NCBI GenBank assembly: GCA_951406725.2
Contig: OX597820.1
Coordinates: 41,292,001 to 41,356,000, forward strand
Length of the DNA: 64,000 bases
Direction: 5' to 3'
From: Octopus vulgaris
Lineage: Eukaryota
A model generated the notes under the pieces. It ran no database searches and was not told where the DNA came from. It saw only the letters and a list, made by a program, of their open reading frames with translations. The position numbers and the translations under genes were made by a program. Shown here one piece after another: positions 40,901 through 53,303 of this stretch. Numbering within the stretch: the first letter of the stretch is position 1; every line of letters starts with the position of its first letter.

Positions 40901-41281
40901 TCTTAACCACATGATTCCGGGTTCAGTTCCACTGTGAGGCACCTTGGGCAAGCAACTTCTACTATACAGCTTTGGCCCGATTAAAGCTTTGTGAGTAGAT
41001 TTGGTAAATAGAAATCGAAAGGAACCCGTCGTGCATATGTGTGTGTGTCTGTCTGTGTGTATGTATATATATATATAATGAATATATATATATGTGTATA
41101 TGTATATGTATACATATATGTATACACACACATATATATATATGCACACGCGTATGCATGTATATATGTTTGTGGTGTGTGTGTGTTTGTGTGTATCTTT
41201 GTGCTTGTGTTTCTCCTATCACACCGCTTGACAACAGGAGCTGGTGTGTTTACGTTTCCGTAACATAGCGGTTCGGCGAAA
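40901..41281 (+). mobile_element. SINE family C lacking its first ~35 nt and its tail
   Basis: AACCACATGATTCCGGGTTCAG...CACCTTGGGCAAG...microsatellite...GCTTGACAAC...GCTGGTGTGTTTACG...AGCGGTTCGGC. Confidence 0.85.
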
Positions 41282-42329
41282 TAATCTATGGTGTAAGGTA
41301 ACTAATGTACCTGTAATTGTTTGTGCTGTATATGTGTGTGTATGTGTATTTCTTTCTTTACTTGTGGGAATGTATGTATGTATGTATAGATGTATAGATG
41401 TATAGATGGATGGATCGATGGATGGACGGATAGATAGATAGACATATGCATGCATGTATGTAAGTATATATGTATCTCGAACTAGTAACTAAAACAGAAC
41501 TGAAACATTATAAGTATCTTTTATTAATGAGGTAATACCCCACAAGAGCATAGTGGTTTCAATACATTTCTGTATTCCCTAAAAGGTACAAATAAATGTA
41601 TATAAAATGAAACAACCACTTAATTATGTACTAACACAGGAAATATAAGCTGGAGCAAACATAAACATAAAATCATGGCAATATCAAACGAAGGAGGGCT
41701 GCAGATTAGACGCACTCATGTATATGATAGCCTGAGGCAGTCAGAGTGTATAGGATTCCGCAGGGCGGAGGAGGACTTGTCAGAAAGAAATGGTAACTAA
41801 GAGAGAGAGAGAGGGGGGGAGAGGGAGAGAGAGAGAGAGAGAGAAACAGGTCTATATATGAAGTTAAGAAATTCCAACATTAACGGTTAAATGATAAGAT
41901 TTATCGCGACTTAGAAGGAAATGAATTTTGCCTAGTATATACAGAAAACATTTATTAGCATGCAGATTTTTCTAATTATGTGCGGCAGAAATTTAACAAT
42001 CATTAAAATCAAACAATTAATGACATTAAGTTTACTTAATTAGATTAAAATCAAAGAATTAAAGATATTACGTTTACTCAATATCGTTGTCTGATTCTAA
42101 TCCGTGTGAGTGATAACTGTCACAAATAAATAACAGGCTTGCATACTAATCATTATAGCCATGACTGTTATCCTCTGGATTGTTATCACTCTTACATTTA
42201 AGCATATCTCTTTACCCCTTTCTATAATATACAGTTCCCCACAGCCACGTAATTTCGGGTTTAGTCCCACTTATACTTCGAGGCGAAACAATGATTTCTG
42301 AATGAATTTTTGCAGATGAAAGCTCGTTT

Positions 42330-42370
<41 letters not shown>

Positions 42371-42443
42371 TGATAAAAATGGTAAGACAATAAAAGAAAG
42401 AAAGAAACCTCGATATGTAAATAGAGGAAATTATCTGTAAATG

Positions 42444-42851
42444 TAATATGTGACAATCATTCGGTAGCCATGATAAAAATTCCGTGTTTCGGATGCCGAG
42501 CTGGAAATCCACGCCGCCATCTCTTCAGTTATAAGGCCATCGGAAAATTGCTATGAAAAACGACTTGGGTGTGCGGGCGCGCATGTGTAGGTATGAACAT
42601 GCGCGCTTACGCGAATACTATGAACTCTTTTACCCTCTTACTTTTACTTCCTTCCTTTACTTAGTGGTCATTCAAATAGCTCTTTTGACTTAATAACGGT
42701 CAATCACACAGTAATTTCTCTTTGTATAACGGTAATTTTTCATAACATTTTCCCGATGGCCGGATAACTGAAGAGATGGCGGCGTAGATTTCCACCTCGG
42801 CATCCGAAACTCGGAATTTTATGATGGCTACTGAATAATTGTCACATATTA
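42444..42851. mobile_element. Foldback element with ~118-bp inverted arms, each containing a hammerhead-like core
   Basis: 42444-42562 is the reverse complement, with few mismatches, of 42735-42851. Each arm has CTGAAGA-hairpin-GAAAC (plus strand 42768-42810; minus strand 42528-42486). Confidence 0.85.
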
Positions 42852-43278
42852 TATATACATATATAAAAGTCTACAATTACAAGGGATATATATATACATA
42901 TACATATACATATATATATATCCTCTCTTACCATGTCTCTTCCTATATCCATTCAGGATACCCTCCGGGTGTTATCCATTAGTCTGCTCTGTTTTGCCGA
43001 AAGACCGTATTTATTCCGTCAATCGTTTTAAATTACATTTGTTTACTTTCGTACGCCCGCTCTGTATCGTTTTGTTTGCTCGAGCCCTAATTCTCTGCAA
43101 ATTTTTGTGGGTGCCGCCGATATGCGAAGTTCTCAGTCTTATCATTAAAGTTGTGAAACATTTCAGTTGATAACTGATGAAGAATTAGGATCCTTCTGTG
43201 CCTGACCTACGCGCACGTGTTTTTAGTATTTAATGCATTTTGAGTAACTGAACGCCATACATCCTGACTTTATGAACA

Positions 43279-43332
<54 letters not shown>

Positions 43333-43341
43333 CAAGAACTC

Positions 43342-43657
43342 GTCATACCTGCTCTCCTATACGCTAGTGAGACATGGGTTATTACGAAGAAGATAGAACG
43401 TCGATTGGCTACGACGCAATGGGCCGTGATAAGATCCCTACTAGGAAATATCATTACAAGAGCATATTCGAAATAATATAATTCGAGAACGGAGCGGAGT
43501 GAACAATGTGATTGCAAAATACCGAAATCACAAGTTCCGCAGGGCCAGACATGTAGTAAAGTTTATAGACAAAAGGTGGACCCGTGCAGTTACCGAGTGG
43601 TATCCAAGAGATTAGAAAAGGCCACTTGGAAGGCCTCCACTACGATGGCAACGCGAT
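43342..43657 (+). pseudogene. RTE-clade LINE ORF2 C-terminal fragment (decayed)
   Basis: Translates with one frameshift and one stop as VIPALLYASETWVITKKIERRLATTQWAVIRSLLG/ISLQEHIRNNIIRERSGV...HKFRRARHVVKFIDKRWTRAVTEWYPRD*KRPLGRPPLRW. This matches the LLYxSETW...RWAGHV...KRPxGRPxxRW signature of RTE elements. Confidence 0.88.
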
Positions 43658-43659
43658 TC

Positions 43660-44210
43660 ACTGTATTTTCCGGTCTATAAAGTGCATCGCTATTTAAGCA
43701 GCAGGGCCGAATTTGGTGGTAAAATTTTGGTTTTATCCACACATAAAGCGCACAAGTGTTTAAAAGACTTATAGAGCTACTGGTCTGCAGTTAGCTTCTT
43801 TTTTTGTTGTTTTTGATGTGTATGTAGTTTCAAAATGCCTTATTTTACAACTATGAGATATATTGTTATTGCTATGATTTTATCTTACTATTATCCACAA
43901 CAAACACATTTTTTTCAATATTAAAGTCTTTGTTATATTAAAAATAACATTATCAAAACATGAAGGTAAAACAAAGCAAATATGCTTTGTTTTCTTCCGG
44001 GTGCCATTTTACTATAGCAGTAGTCTTTCGCGTTGTTCACCGACCGACCTTTCCTCTGAAAAAATCAGTGAAATCACTCGATCTCCATACACAAAGGATT
44101 TTCCTCCTGATACTTATAAAAAAAATACACACATTAGGCGCACCTTTCTATAAGCCGCACGCTAAATTTCCCAGGTAAAAATAGCGGCTCATACACCGGT
44201 AGTTAAACAA
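43660..44210. mobile_element. Possible pogo/Tigger-like non-autonomous element abutting the RTE fragment
   Basis: Left end CTGTATTTTCCGGTCTATAAAGTGCA; right end TATAAGCCGCAC...GCGGCTCATACACCGG. Ends are only partly complementary but show the subterminal TATAAG.CGCA repeats typical of this group. Confidence 0.5.
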
Positions 44211-44392
44211 TTTGAGTCAAAATGGAAAAGAACGGAGCAATCGAGACACAATTGGAAGCGCATTGTGACTAGCGATGTATAACTGTATCTGATGGTGTGT
44301 TCGATACTGTGATACTGTGCTGTATGTATGTAGATTATGGTGGGTAGACAAGAAATGAGAGTATGGACAAAACATATACATACATACTTAGC

Positions 44393-44437
<45 letters not shown>

Positions 44438-44457
44438 CCTACCTATCTATCTATCTA

Positions 44458-44996
44458 GTGATTAGGCGACATTATGCTTCCATTCATCTTCCCACATGAC
44501 CTCAGACTCAGCACGGAGGCTTACATCAAATGCCTGGAGGAGGTAGTGCTGCCCTAGGTCAAGAGGGTGGCTGCTGGAAGAACCTATGTTTAGCAACTGC
44601 ACTCTGCATCATGCCACACAAGCAGAGGAACCCAGTCATGGCTGTCAGGCAATTTCTGTGACAGCATCACTTCTAACATCTAGCCATGTAACTCCCCAGA
44701 CTTACAAACCTCTTGATTATTATGCGTGGGGCGCAGTTGAGCGAGAGACCAACAAAACTCCTTGTAACACCAAGGGTTATGACAGCATTCTGCAACTTAA
44801 ACAAGGAGACTCCCCAGACGAATTGCAGATTTCGAAGTCATCTGGAGGCCGTAGGTGAAGTCAATGGCGATTTTATTGAATAAATTTACTCTGTATTATT
44901 TCAAGATAATTTTGGTAAATATATCTCTTAAAATGAGATGTCCATGTTATTCTCATTTTTGCGTAATTTAGACGACAGTTCATTCACCGCACCCTG
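44458..44996 (+). mobile_element. Tc1/mariner DD37D (maT-type) transposase remnant, 3' half plus right TIR
   Basis: Translates GDIMLPFIFPHDLRLSTEAYIKCLEEVVLP*VKRVAAGRTYV*QLHSASCHTSRGTQSWLSGNFCDSITSNI*PCNSPD/YKPLDYYAWGAVERETNKTPCNTK. These are decayed WQQDSAPCH and WPPNSPDxNPLDYxxW motifs with 37 residues between catalytic positions. Ends CACCGCACCCTG-TA. Confidence 0.88.
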
Positions 44997-45039
44997 TACA
45001 TATATATATGTATATATGTGTATATATATATATATATAT

Positions 45040-45480
45040 CGTCTCCCTGTGGCCATTAGGCACAACTTCATAAGCCAGCCCCATGCTCAATTCGTCCTGT
45101 CGAAAGACCCTTGTCCTACGTCCTGGTTTTGTTTTGTTGTTTATTTTTTATACTTTATTTTTACCGTTATTGTTTTTACGTTTTTGTATTCTTATTGTTG
45201 TCACGTATTCTGTATTTTTGTTCGTGTACTTCGTTCGTTTTCCGTCCTCGTGTTGTATACATTCGAAGCTTTCTTCCAGGGGATCTAATGCACTTGGCTT
45301 AGATTTCCCGTGGCGGCTGCCCATATCGGAGCAATCTCAAGATTAATCAGCCGAAATTGCTAAGATGATCTGGTTCTTGACTGATGACTGAGGGCTTCGA
45401 ATGTCCCGTCCTGTGGTTCTTGTGTCGTCTCTGTGGCGTTTCATGTTCTTGTCCATGTCTGTAATTATTTTTACTGTTTA
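45040..45480 (+). mobile_element. Unclassified interspersed repeat inserted in (TA)n
   Basis: Bounded by (TA)n on both sides. Its 3' part GACTGATGACTGAGGGCTTCGAATG recurs at 11480 as GACTGAAGATTGAAGGCTTCGAATG. Confidence 0.5.
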
Positions 45481-45526
<46 letters not shown>

Positions 45527-46444
45527 CGTGTGTGTGTGTGTGTGTGTGTGTATTATATGCATATATATGTGTGCCTATGTATGTGTATATATATATAACT
45601 CACATATATGTGTTACATCTACTTACACACAGACACACGCGCGCATGCTCACATACACACATCAATATTCATGCATATGTAGTTAAAAAAAGATGTGCAT
45701 GAATGCTGTAAATTCTTAATTCTGACGGCTTTGTAAACGTTTCGTACATGATGTTAATCTAGGAAATTATTATGATAGAAAAATATCTGCTAGCTCATAA
45801 CATGTTTGGAAACCGTTACTATGAATTACGTTCTCTTGGCAACGAAATTCCCGAAAGAAATCTCTTGAATTCAAAAGCCTGAAAGATATCTATAGAAGTC
45901 CCGACCAAAGGCCTCTGATCAAGGGATAGTTTATAAAGGTTAGCGTGAAATATCAAACGTCATCAGGCTTTAACAAACTGTTAAATTCACTGATGGCGTT
46001 GTCGATCCCACCAGAGTGATTCTTGTAAATATAAGGTCAAGGACCTTGAGGTCTAAACATCAAATTCATTGAGGCGATTGTTGTTATTAAAGATGTGTTC
46101 TTGATGCTGCTACTGTTGTTGTTGTTGTTGTTGGTGGTGGTGGTGTTGGCATTGGTGGTGGTGGCGACAACAACGACGGCGACGATGATGATGATGATAG
46201 CGTTAGTGATCGATTAGAATGATGGTGATGGTTAGTAATGATTATGATGTGAATGCTGAAGGTCGTAATGTTGGTGATGATAATAATGGTAGGGATGGCG
46301 GTGAAGGTGAAATAGTGATGACCATGATAATTATGGCAATGATGGCGTTAGAGTGTGCAGAATCTGCGCTAATGAGCTGTTCAACAACTTGTTATTGCTG
46401 TCAATATGCCCGTCGCTGCTGCTGCTGCTGTTGATTAAGCGCTG

Positions 46445-46858
46445 ATGATAATGATGATGATGATGATGATGATGATGAAGAGGAGGAGGAGGAGGAGGAT
46501 GTGGAATATGTGGAGGAGGAGGAGGAGGAGGGGAGAGCAGGATGAGGGCGACGACGTGGACGAAGACGATGACGACGATGAGATCACGATGTCAACGACA
46601 AAGAAAGAGCGTTGGGCGACGACGATAATGATGGTGACAACAATGACGACGACGACGACGACCTCGACAACCACGGCGAAGATGATGATAACGATGGTTG
46701 TGACGTACGTTGATGAGGGTGATATTGATGATAATGATGGTAATGAGGAAAAGTGTGAGAAGCAGGATGGAGATGGGGAGAAAGATATAGCGTTAATTGT
46801 TGCGAAACTTTCTGTTATTATTCAGGTAAACAATTTTTCATTGCCGAATTTTATGTGG

Positions 46859-46926
<68 letters not shown>

Positions 46927-46950
46927 CATTATTATTATTATTATTATTGC
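46445..46950. repeat. (GAT)/(GAG)/(GAC)/(ATT) trinucleotide low-complexity region
   Basis: Directly visible; source of the 189-aa spurious ORF. Confidence 0.88.
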
Positions 46951-47013
46951 CGCTATGCTAAATATGTTGTTGCTGATGTTGATAAAGATGATGTGGTTCC
47001 GAGTGTTGTTATG

Positions 47014-47046
<33 letters not shown>

Positions 47047-47084
47047 TGTATGTATGTATGTATGTACGTATGTATGTATGTATG

Positions 47085-47153
<69 letters not shown>

Positions 47154-47365
47154 GGCATCTACTGCCACGAACGGTATTGAAGTTCATTTTGCAACAGATG
47201 TTGAATAACTGAAGTGTAATCAATCGAATATAAAACAGATTATATATGAGTGCGTGTCGGGGGAAATTGTATGTATGTAAGTATGCATGCACCCATCTAT
47301 CTATCTATCTATCTATCTACTTATATATATACTTATATATATATATATATATGTATGTATGTGTG

Positions 47366-47417
<52 letters not shown>

Positions 47418-47484
47418 CATACTTATATACTTATATATATATATATATATATATACGCACACACACACACACACATATATATAG

Positions 47485-47547
<63 letters not shown>

Positions 47548-48021
47548 ATCCAAACATGAAAACACAAAGAGAAAACACAACAACGCGAGGACGTGGAACA
47601 AATATAGTATTATTGGACGCTCAGGAAGGAAGGGAAGGGTGGGGTGTTATAGGTAGGTTAGCACAACTGCTATTCTGATGACGGTTATTTACGCAGAACA
47701 CGTTCCAATCTTCTCATGTTTTCAGACAATCAAACTGTTTTTGTTTTTTTTATCTCAGTTTAGAGATTTTTCTGATGCCTGAGATTATTTCTTGTTTTGT
47801 CCTCTTTCCATTTCGATTTGATGCTAATTGCTACAAAGTATTTGCCTTATCCACTCTGGGAAGGAGAGATAGTTCGAATAAACCCAATATATATATTGAT
47901 GTGAAACCTAATTAAAATGCCTCTAATTATCAGCCTCTAATTTGCGAAAACTAGAAAATTTAAATGTTAAAATTCATACTGAAAGGCTGTTCCTCCGAAT
48001 TAGTGTCCTCACCCCAACGTC

Positions 48022-48187
48022 GTATGTATGTATGTATGTATGTATGTATGTATGTATGTATGTATGTATGTATGTATGTATGTATGTATGTATGTATGTA
48101 TGTTTGTTTGTTTGTTTGTATGTATGTATGTATGTATGTATGTATGTATGTATGTTTGTTTGTTTGTATGTATGTATGTATGTATGC
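48022..48187. repeat. (GTAT)n/(GTTT)n microsatellite
   Basis: Directly visible. Confidence 0.93.
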
Positions 48188-48293
48188 GTATCCTGCGTAA
48201 GTTAAGAAGCGGGGATAAGTGAAATTTTTTGAATATAATTATATGTAAGGTTTCGCCATATATTGACTATATTAAATATTCTAATAGTAGGGG

Positions 48294-48344
48294 GTGCAGC
48301 ATGGCCGCAGTCAAATGACTGAAACAAGTAAACGAGTAAAAGAG

Positions 48345-48346
<2 letters not shown>
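48294..48346 (+). mobile_element. Family C extreme 3' tail fragment (5'-truncated insertion)
   Basis: CAGCATGGCCGCAGTCAAATGACTGAAACAAGTAAACGAGTAAAAGAGTA. Confidence 0.85.
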
Positions 48347-48382
<36 letters not shown>

Positions 48383-48805
48383 ATTATTTTCAGTTTTACT
48401 TAATTTCGTTGTAGTGATCATACATACCCTTTGGAATGTGAAAATGCTTTATCGTGCTTTTAACAACTGTTCAGTTCGCCTGCACATCGTAATGCAGGAA
48501 TGAATCACAATTCTATAAAATATATTACATCTGCGGGGCGGCCATCGTTGAAAAATCTTATTCAGAGTAATATCAGTATTGACCTAGAGCTATATAATAA
48601 AAACAATATCCTCTTCTGCAATTCTTTGACCTTGTACCAAATATAAATGCAATGACTTGGCAGAAAACTTTGGACACTGTTCAAAATGCTCTGCGGTATA
48701 TATTTATATTTCTGTACGCTCTTAGGTCAAACTTCGCAGGTGTCAGTAAAATAAACACCGGATCCATACTATAAACACCGTTCAAGATTTTTGAGTCATT
48801 TTAAT

Positions 48806-49020
48806 TGGTTTCAAATTTTGGCACAAAGCCAGTAGTTTCAGTGAATGAAGTAAGTCGATTACATCGATTCCAGTGATCAGCTGGTACTTATTTTATCCAC
48901 CCTGAAAGTATGAAAGGCAAAGACGACCTCAGCCGAATTTGAACTCAGAACGTAAAGATGGACGAAGTACTGCGAAACATTTTGTCTGGCATGTTAACAA
49001 TTCTGTTTGCTCACCGCCTT
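48806..49020 (-). mobile_element. Old A-related SINE (cluster copy 1)
   Basis: TGGTTTCAAATTTTGGCACAA...CTGGTACTTATTTTATC...TTTGAACTCAGAACGTAA...CTCACCGCCTT. Confidence 0.87.
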
Positions 49021-49040
49021 AATTTAGTCGCTGATAATCG

Positions 49041-49203
49041 TTTTAAATTTTGACACTCCTCTCCCCAGTGTTCAACTGATAATTATTTTTTAGAACCCGA
49101 AAGTATAAAAGACAATGTAGACCTCAGCGGAATGCACACTCAGAACATATAGACAGATGAAATGCAATATGACCGGCGTGTTAACAATTCTGCCTGTTTG
49201 CCG
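49041..49203 (-). mobile_element. Old A-related SINE (cluster copy 2, internally deleted)
   Basis: CCCCAGTGTTCAACTG...CCCGAAAG...GACCTCAGCGGAAT...CTCAGAAC...AACAATTCTGCC. Confidence 0.75.
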
Positions 49204-49217
49204 ATTTGAGCTTCATA

Positions 49218-49436
49218 CGACGACCTAGCAGAATCGTTAGCATGCCGGATATATTATTTTGCGGTTATTTTCGTCCGTCTTTAGGTTTTGAGTTCAAATT
49301 CCGCTGAGGTCGATTTTACCTTTCATCCTTTCGGGTTCGATGAAGTAAGTACCAGATGAACACTGAGGCGGGTGGTCGATGAAATCGACTTAGCCCCCCC
49401 ACGATCTTGCTGGCCTTGTGCCAAAATTTGAAACCA
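49218..49436 (+). mobile_element. Old A-related SINE (cluster copy 3)
   Basis: GCAGAATCGTTAGCATGCCGG...GAGTTCAAATTCCGCTGAGGTCGA...GGCCTTGTGCCAAAATTTGAAACCA. Confidence 0.87.
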
Positions 49437-49455
49437 ATATAAAGAATAATGGTAA

Positions 49456-49670
49456 TGGAGAAAAGTTGGTAGAATCAATACTGCGGCGGAGAAAACGCTT
49501 AGCGGTGTAACTACGATTTTACGTGTTTTACGTTCAAATACCGTTTAAATCGATTTGCCTTTCAGACTTTCGGGGTTAATATAATAAATACCAGTTGAGC
49601 ACTGGGGTGGATGGAATCGATTAACGCCCTTCCCAAAACATTCAGGTCTTGTGCCTATAGTAAAAAGAAA
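49456..49670 (+). mobile_element. Old A-related SINE (cluster copy 4, CTTGTGCCTATAGTA tail)
   Basis: CGTTCAAAT...TTTGCCTTTCAGACTTTCGGGG...ACCAGTTGAGCACTGGGG...CTTGTGCCTATAG. Confidence 0.75.
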
Positions 49671-49673
49671 TAA

Positions 49674-49892
49674 TGGCTTCAAATTTTGGCACAATGCCAA
49701 CATGTTTCTGGGGGGAGGCGTAAGTCGATTACAACGATACCAGTGATATTCTGGTACTTATTCTATTGACTCTGAAAGGGTATGAAAGGCAAAGTGGACC
49801 TCGGCGAAATTTGAACACAGAACGTAAAGACAGACGAAATACCATTAACCATTTCGCCTGGCTTGCTAACGATTCTGCCAGCGAAGTGCCTT
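49674..49892 (-). mobile_element. Old A-related SINE (cluster copy 5)
   Basis: TGGCTTCAAATTTTGGCACAA...ATGAAAGGCAAAGTGGACCTCGGCG...GCTAACGATTCTGCCAGC. Confidence 0.87.
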
Positions 49893-50559
49893 AATGTTAG
49901 AAAGAAATATTAGAAATAGTGATTCATTAGCTGAGATGGACGGGTCATTACTTGGACCATTAATCGTGATTTTTATTTTAAAACAATTTTATCACTCTCT
50001 ATACACGGATTATTTGCTCTACCTCTTTGGAACTTGACATATTTAACCACTATTTGGGTGTTTAAACGAACAAAGTACATTATAAGAAAACAAAAATAAA
50101 ATTGTTGCAATGGCTTATTATGGGATTCTAAGTTAAGAAAGAAGTAGAAAGCCTGAAGTTAATTCATTATGTCACTCTGACATTAACTGACATTTTAATC
50201 CTAAATTATCTCATCAATCATCATTATTAGTAGCTTGAAATTATTTCTTCTACTTGTCGTTGTGTAAATTTGATCATCCGTATATTACCTCTGTGTGTAT
50301 ATGTATGTGTGTGTGTGCGTGCGTGTGTGCGTGTGAGTGTGTGTGTGAGTGTACATGTGTGTATACGAATATGCATACACACACACATATATATATATAT
50401 GCATGTATGTATATGTTTATATTTATATAAGTGTATGAAATATGTGTATGTGAATATATGAGGGTGAATATAAGGCTGAGAAGAGGCAAATGCAAGGAGA
50501 CAGAGAAAGAGAGAGACAGACAGAGACGGATGGAGAGATAGGGACAGAGAAAAAACAAA

Positions 50560-50595
<36 letters not shown>

Positions 50596-50846
50596 GAGAA
50601 GAAAGAAATGAAGATAGAAAGAAAAAGATAATAAACAGAGAAGAAAATTACCAAAAGCACCTTTGAAGAGTTAATTAATATTCATACTATCGAGCATTAC
50701 GTATTCCACATGAGTTCAAATCCCACTGGGTTCAACTATCCTTTCATTACCACAGGGTCAATAGAGTAAGTACAAGGCGTATACTGAAATCGATTCTGTC
50801 AACTATACATGTCTCACACAAATGTGCAGAGTTGACAATATACATA

Positions 50847-50918
<72 letters not shown>

Positions 50919-51336
50919 TACAAACATGCATATTTATATATGTATATGTGTGTGTGTATACTGTGTGTAGGATATATGTGTATATATATATACTGTGTGT
51001 AGGATGTGTGTGTGTGTCTGCGCGCGTGGTCAGAAATCGGTTAGGCATTCCTTATATCTTTCCTTATATCATTACCCTCACTGTATTTCGTAGCTAGTAG
51101 CTAGGGATGACAACAGGATTTGCAATTTCAGGATTTGTAATTGTCTGCCCTGATCAAACTGACCGTTAATCAACGGTGTTCAAAATAGTCTTTCTTCTTT
51201 AGAGGTGTGATGAAGTACAATATTTCACTGTTATATATATATATATATAGAACCGTTGAATTAAGCAATACAACTTTGTTTCACCTTAGATTTGAAGCTA
51301 GTATTATATATGTATGTATGTATATAGTATTCAATA

Positions 51337-51724
51337 GTGGAGGCGCAATGGCCCAGTGGTTAGGGCAGCGGACTCGCGGTCATAGGATCGCGGTTTCGAT
51401 TCCCAGACCGGGCGTTGTGAGTGTTTATTGAGCGAAAACACCTAAAGCTCCACGAGGCTCCGGCAGGGGATAGTGGTGATCCCTGCTGTACTCTTTCACC
51501 ACAACTTTCTCTCACTCTTACTTCTTGTTTCTGTTGTACCTGTATTTCAAAGGGCCGGCCTTGTCACTCTCTGTGTCACGCTGAATATCCCCGAGAACTA
51601 CGTTAAGGGTACACGTGTCTGTGGAGTGCTCAGCCACTTACACGTTAATTTCACGAGCAGTCTGTTCCGTTGATTCGGATCAACCGGAACTCTCGTCGTC
51701 GTAACCGACGGAGTGCTTCCAAAA
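51337..51724 (+). mobile_element. tRNA-derived SINE family B, full length
   Basis: Near-identical to 36818; 10-bp TSD AGTATTCAAT at 51326-51335 and 51725-51734. Confidence 0.94.
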
Positions 51725-51975
51725 AGTATTCAATTTCAAAACCTTTCTATATGAGTGCATCTGTGTTGTGTGTGTGTGTGTTTGTTGTGTGCCGTAACTA
51801 GTTATATTAAGAGAAGCACAGCCTTGACACTAAGCCAAATGTGAATATATACAGGAACAAATGTAAGAAATTAACGGAATGAATGGAAAACAAACACAAG
51901 GAAAAATGAAAGAAAATGGAAGTTGGATCAACAATCAATCGATCAACCAGTCAATCAATCACTATATATATATAT

Positions 51976-52016
<41 letters not shown>

Positions 52017-52984
52017 CAGAAAGAGAAAAATTGATGGAAATAAGAATGAGTTGAAGAAAATTTTAAATTAGTTCTATCCATTCAACGAAAGAAAGTAAAA
52101 AGTAAAAGTGAAGAATATCAGAAAAGAAAACAGGGTTAGAATGTCCGAATAATAAAAGAAATATGTCGAAAATCAAAATTCCACTTACTCACCACCCACC
52201 CACCAAAAGTCAACATGATAGAAAACATGGAAATAATAAAAGAAAAAAAAATAAATAGAGCAAAGTAAAAAAAACCTAATTAAAAGAATCAAGCAATCGC
52301 ACATATAGTTCATATTTAAGGAGCGGTGTGAGAAAGCTGACTTCATGTGTCGCCTGATCAATTGTCTACAGTTGTTGCTTCTGGCTAAAAGCAAGAAATA
52401 TTTGCAATTGTTTCTTGTTTTGTTAATATCTTTATATTTAATTATATACTTTATTATTTATTTTTATATGTTGTCGTAGCCACATCGGCAATATAGTTAT
52501 TTGTTTCGTATTGGCTTGCCATCAATTTATTTTTATTTTATCATTATTTTTTGTTTTTACCCCGGAACTCTCAATTGATTTTCCTTGCTTGTCTTTATAT
52601 TTCTGTTTTCAATTATAAGATTCAGTAATAGATGAGTCCTTAGAAAGGGAAAAAAGCATAGTGTATGCTCTACGTTAATATCTGAAGGCCTCATCAGGAT
52701 CACATACATTGTCCTCGCTTATATTATCAACATCATCATTGTTACCATCACCACGAGCCAATGAGAAAGCGTCTACGTGGTCAGTCAACCTGCTGGAAAG
52801 GGCAAATATATCTTTTACATATCCTACACTGCAGTCAGAGAAAAGAGATGGACATATCTCGTCATTTACATCCAAACAAAATGAGCACATATAATCGTAG
52901 ATATACGAATAACACATGGATGAAACATATTCGATCTTAAATCTGGTCAATCAGAAAAAAACCGAGGACTGAACAAGACTCAGA

Positions 52985-53303
52985 CTGGTACTCCGTCGGT
53001 TACTACGAAGAGTGTTCCAGTTGATCCGATCACGGAACAACCTGCTCGGAAAATTAACATGCAAGTAGCTGAGCATTCCACAGACACAAGCACCCTTAAC
53101 TTAGAACGGTACGCGTGTCAGTAAGATTTAGCATGAAACAGAATGTGACTAGGCTGGCCCTTTGAAATACAGACACTACTCATTTTTGCCAGCTAAGTGT
53201 ACTGGAGCAAAATAAAGCACCTTGATCAAGTACACAACGCGCTACCAGGTATCGATCAGACGGTCGTATGGTCGTTAGCCGAATACCCAAACCAGTAAGC
53301 CAC
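52985..53303 (-). mobile_element. SINE family B', degenerate
   Basis: Reverse complement of the 12427 copy (ACTCCGTCGGTTAC...CCCTTTGAAATACA...ACTCATTTTTGCCAGCT...CCGAATACCCAAACCAGTAAGCCAC). Confidence 0.82.

Noticed and set aside
46445-47014. 189-aa ORF with M/R/D/T/I homopolymers
   Set aside because: Trinucleotide repeat mosaic.
47675-47712. CTGATGA...GAACACGTTC hammerhead candidate
   Set aside because: Second core box and stems are too degenerate to support.
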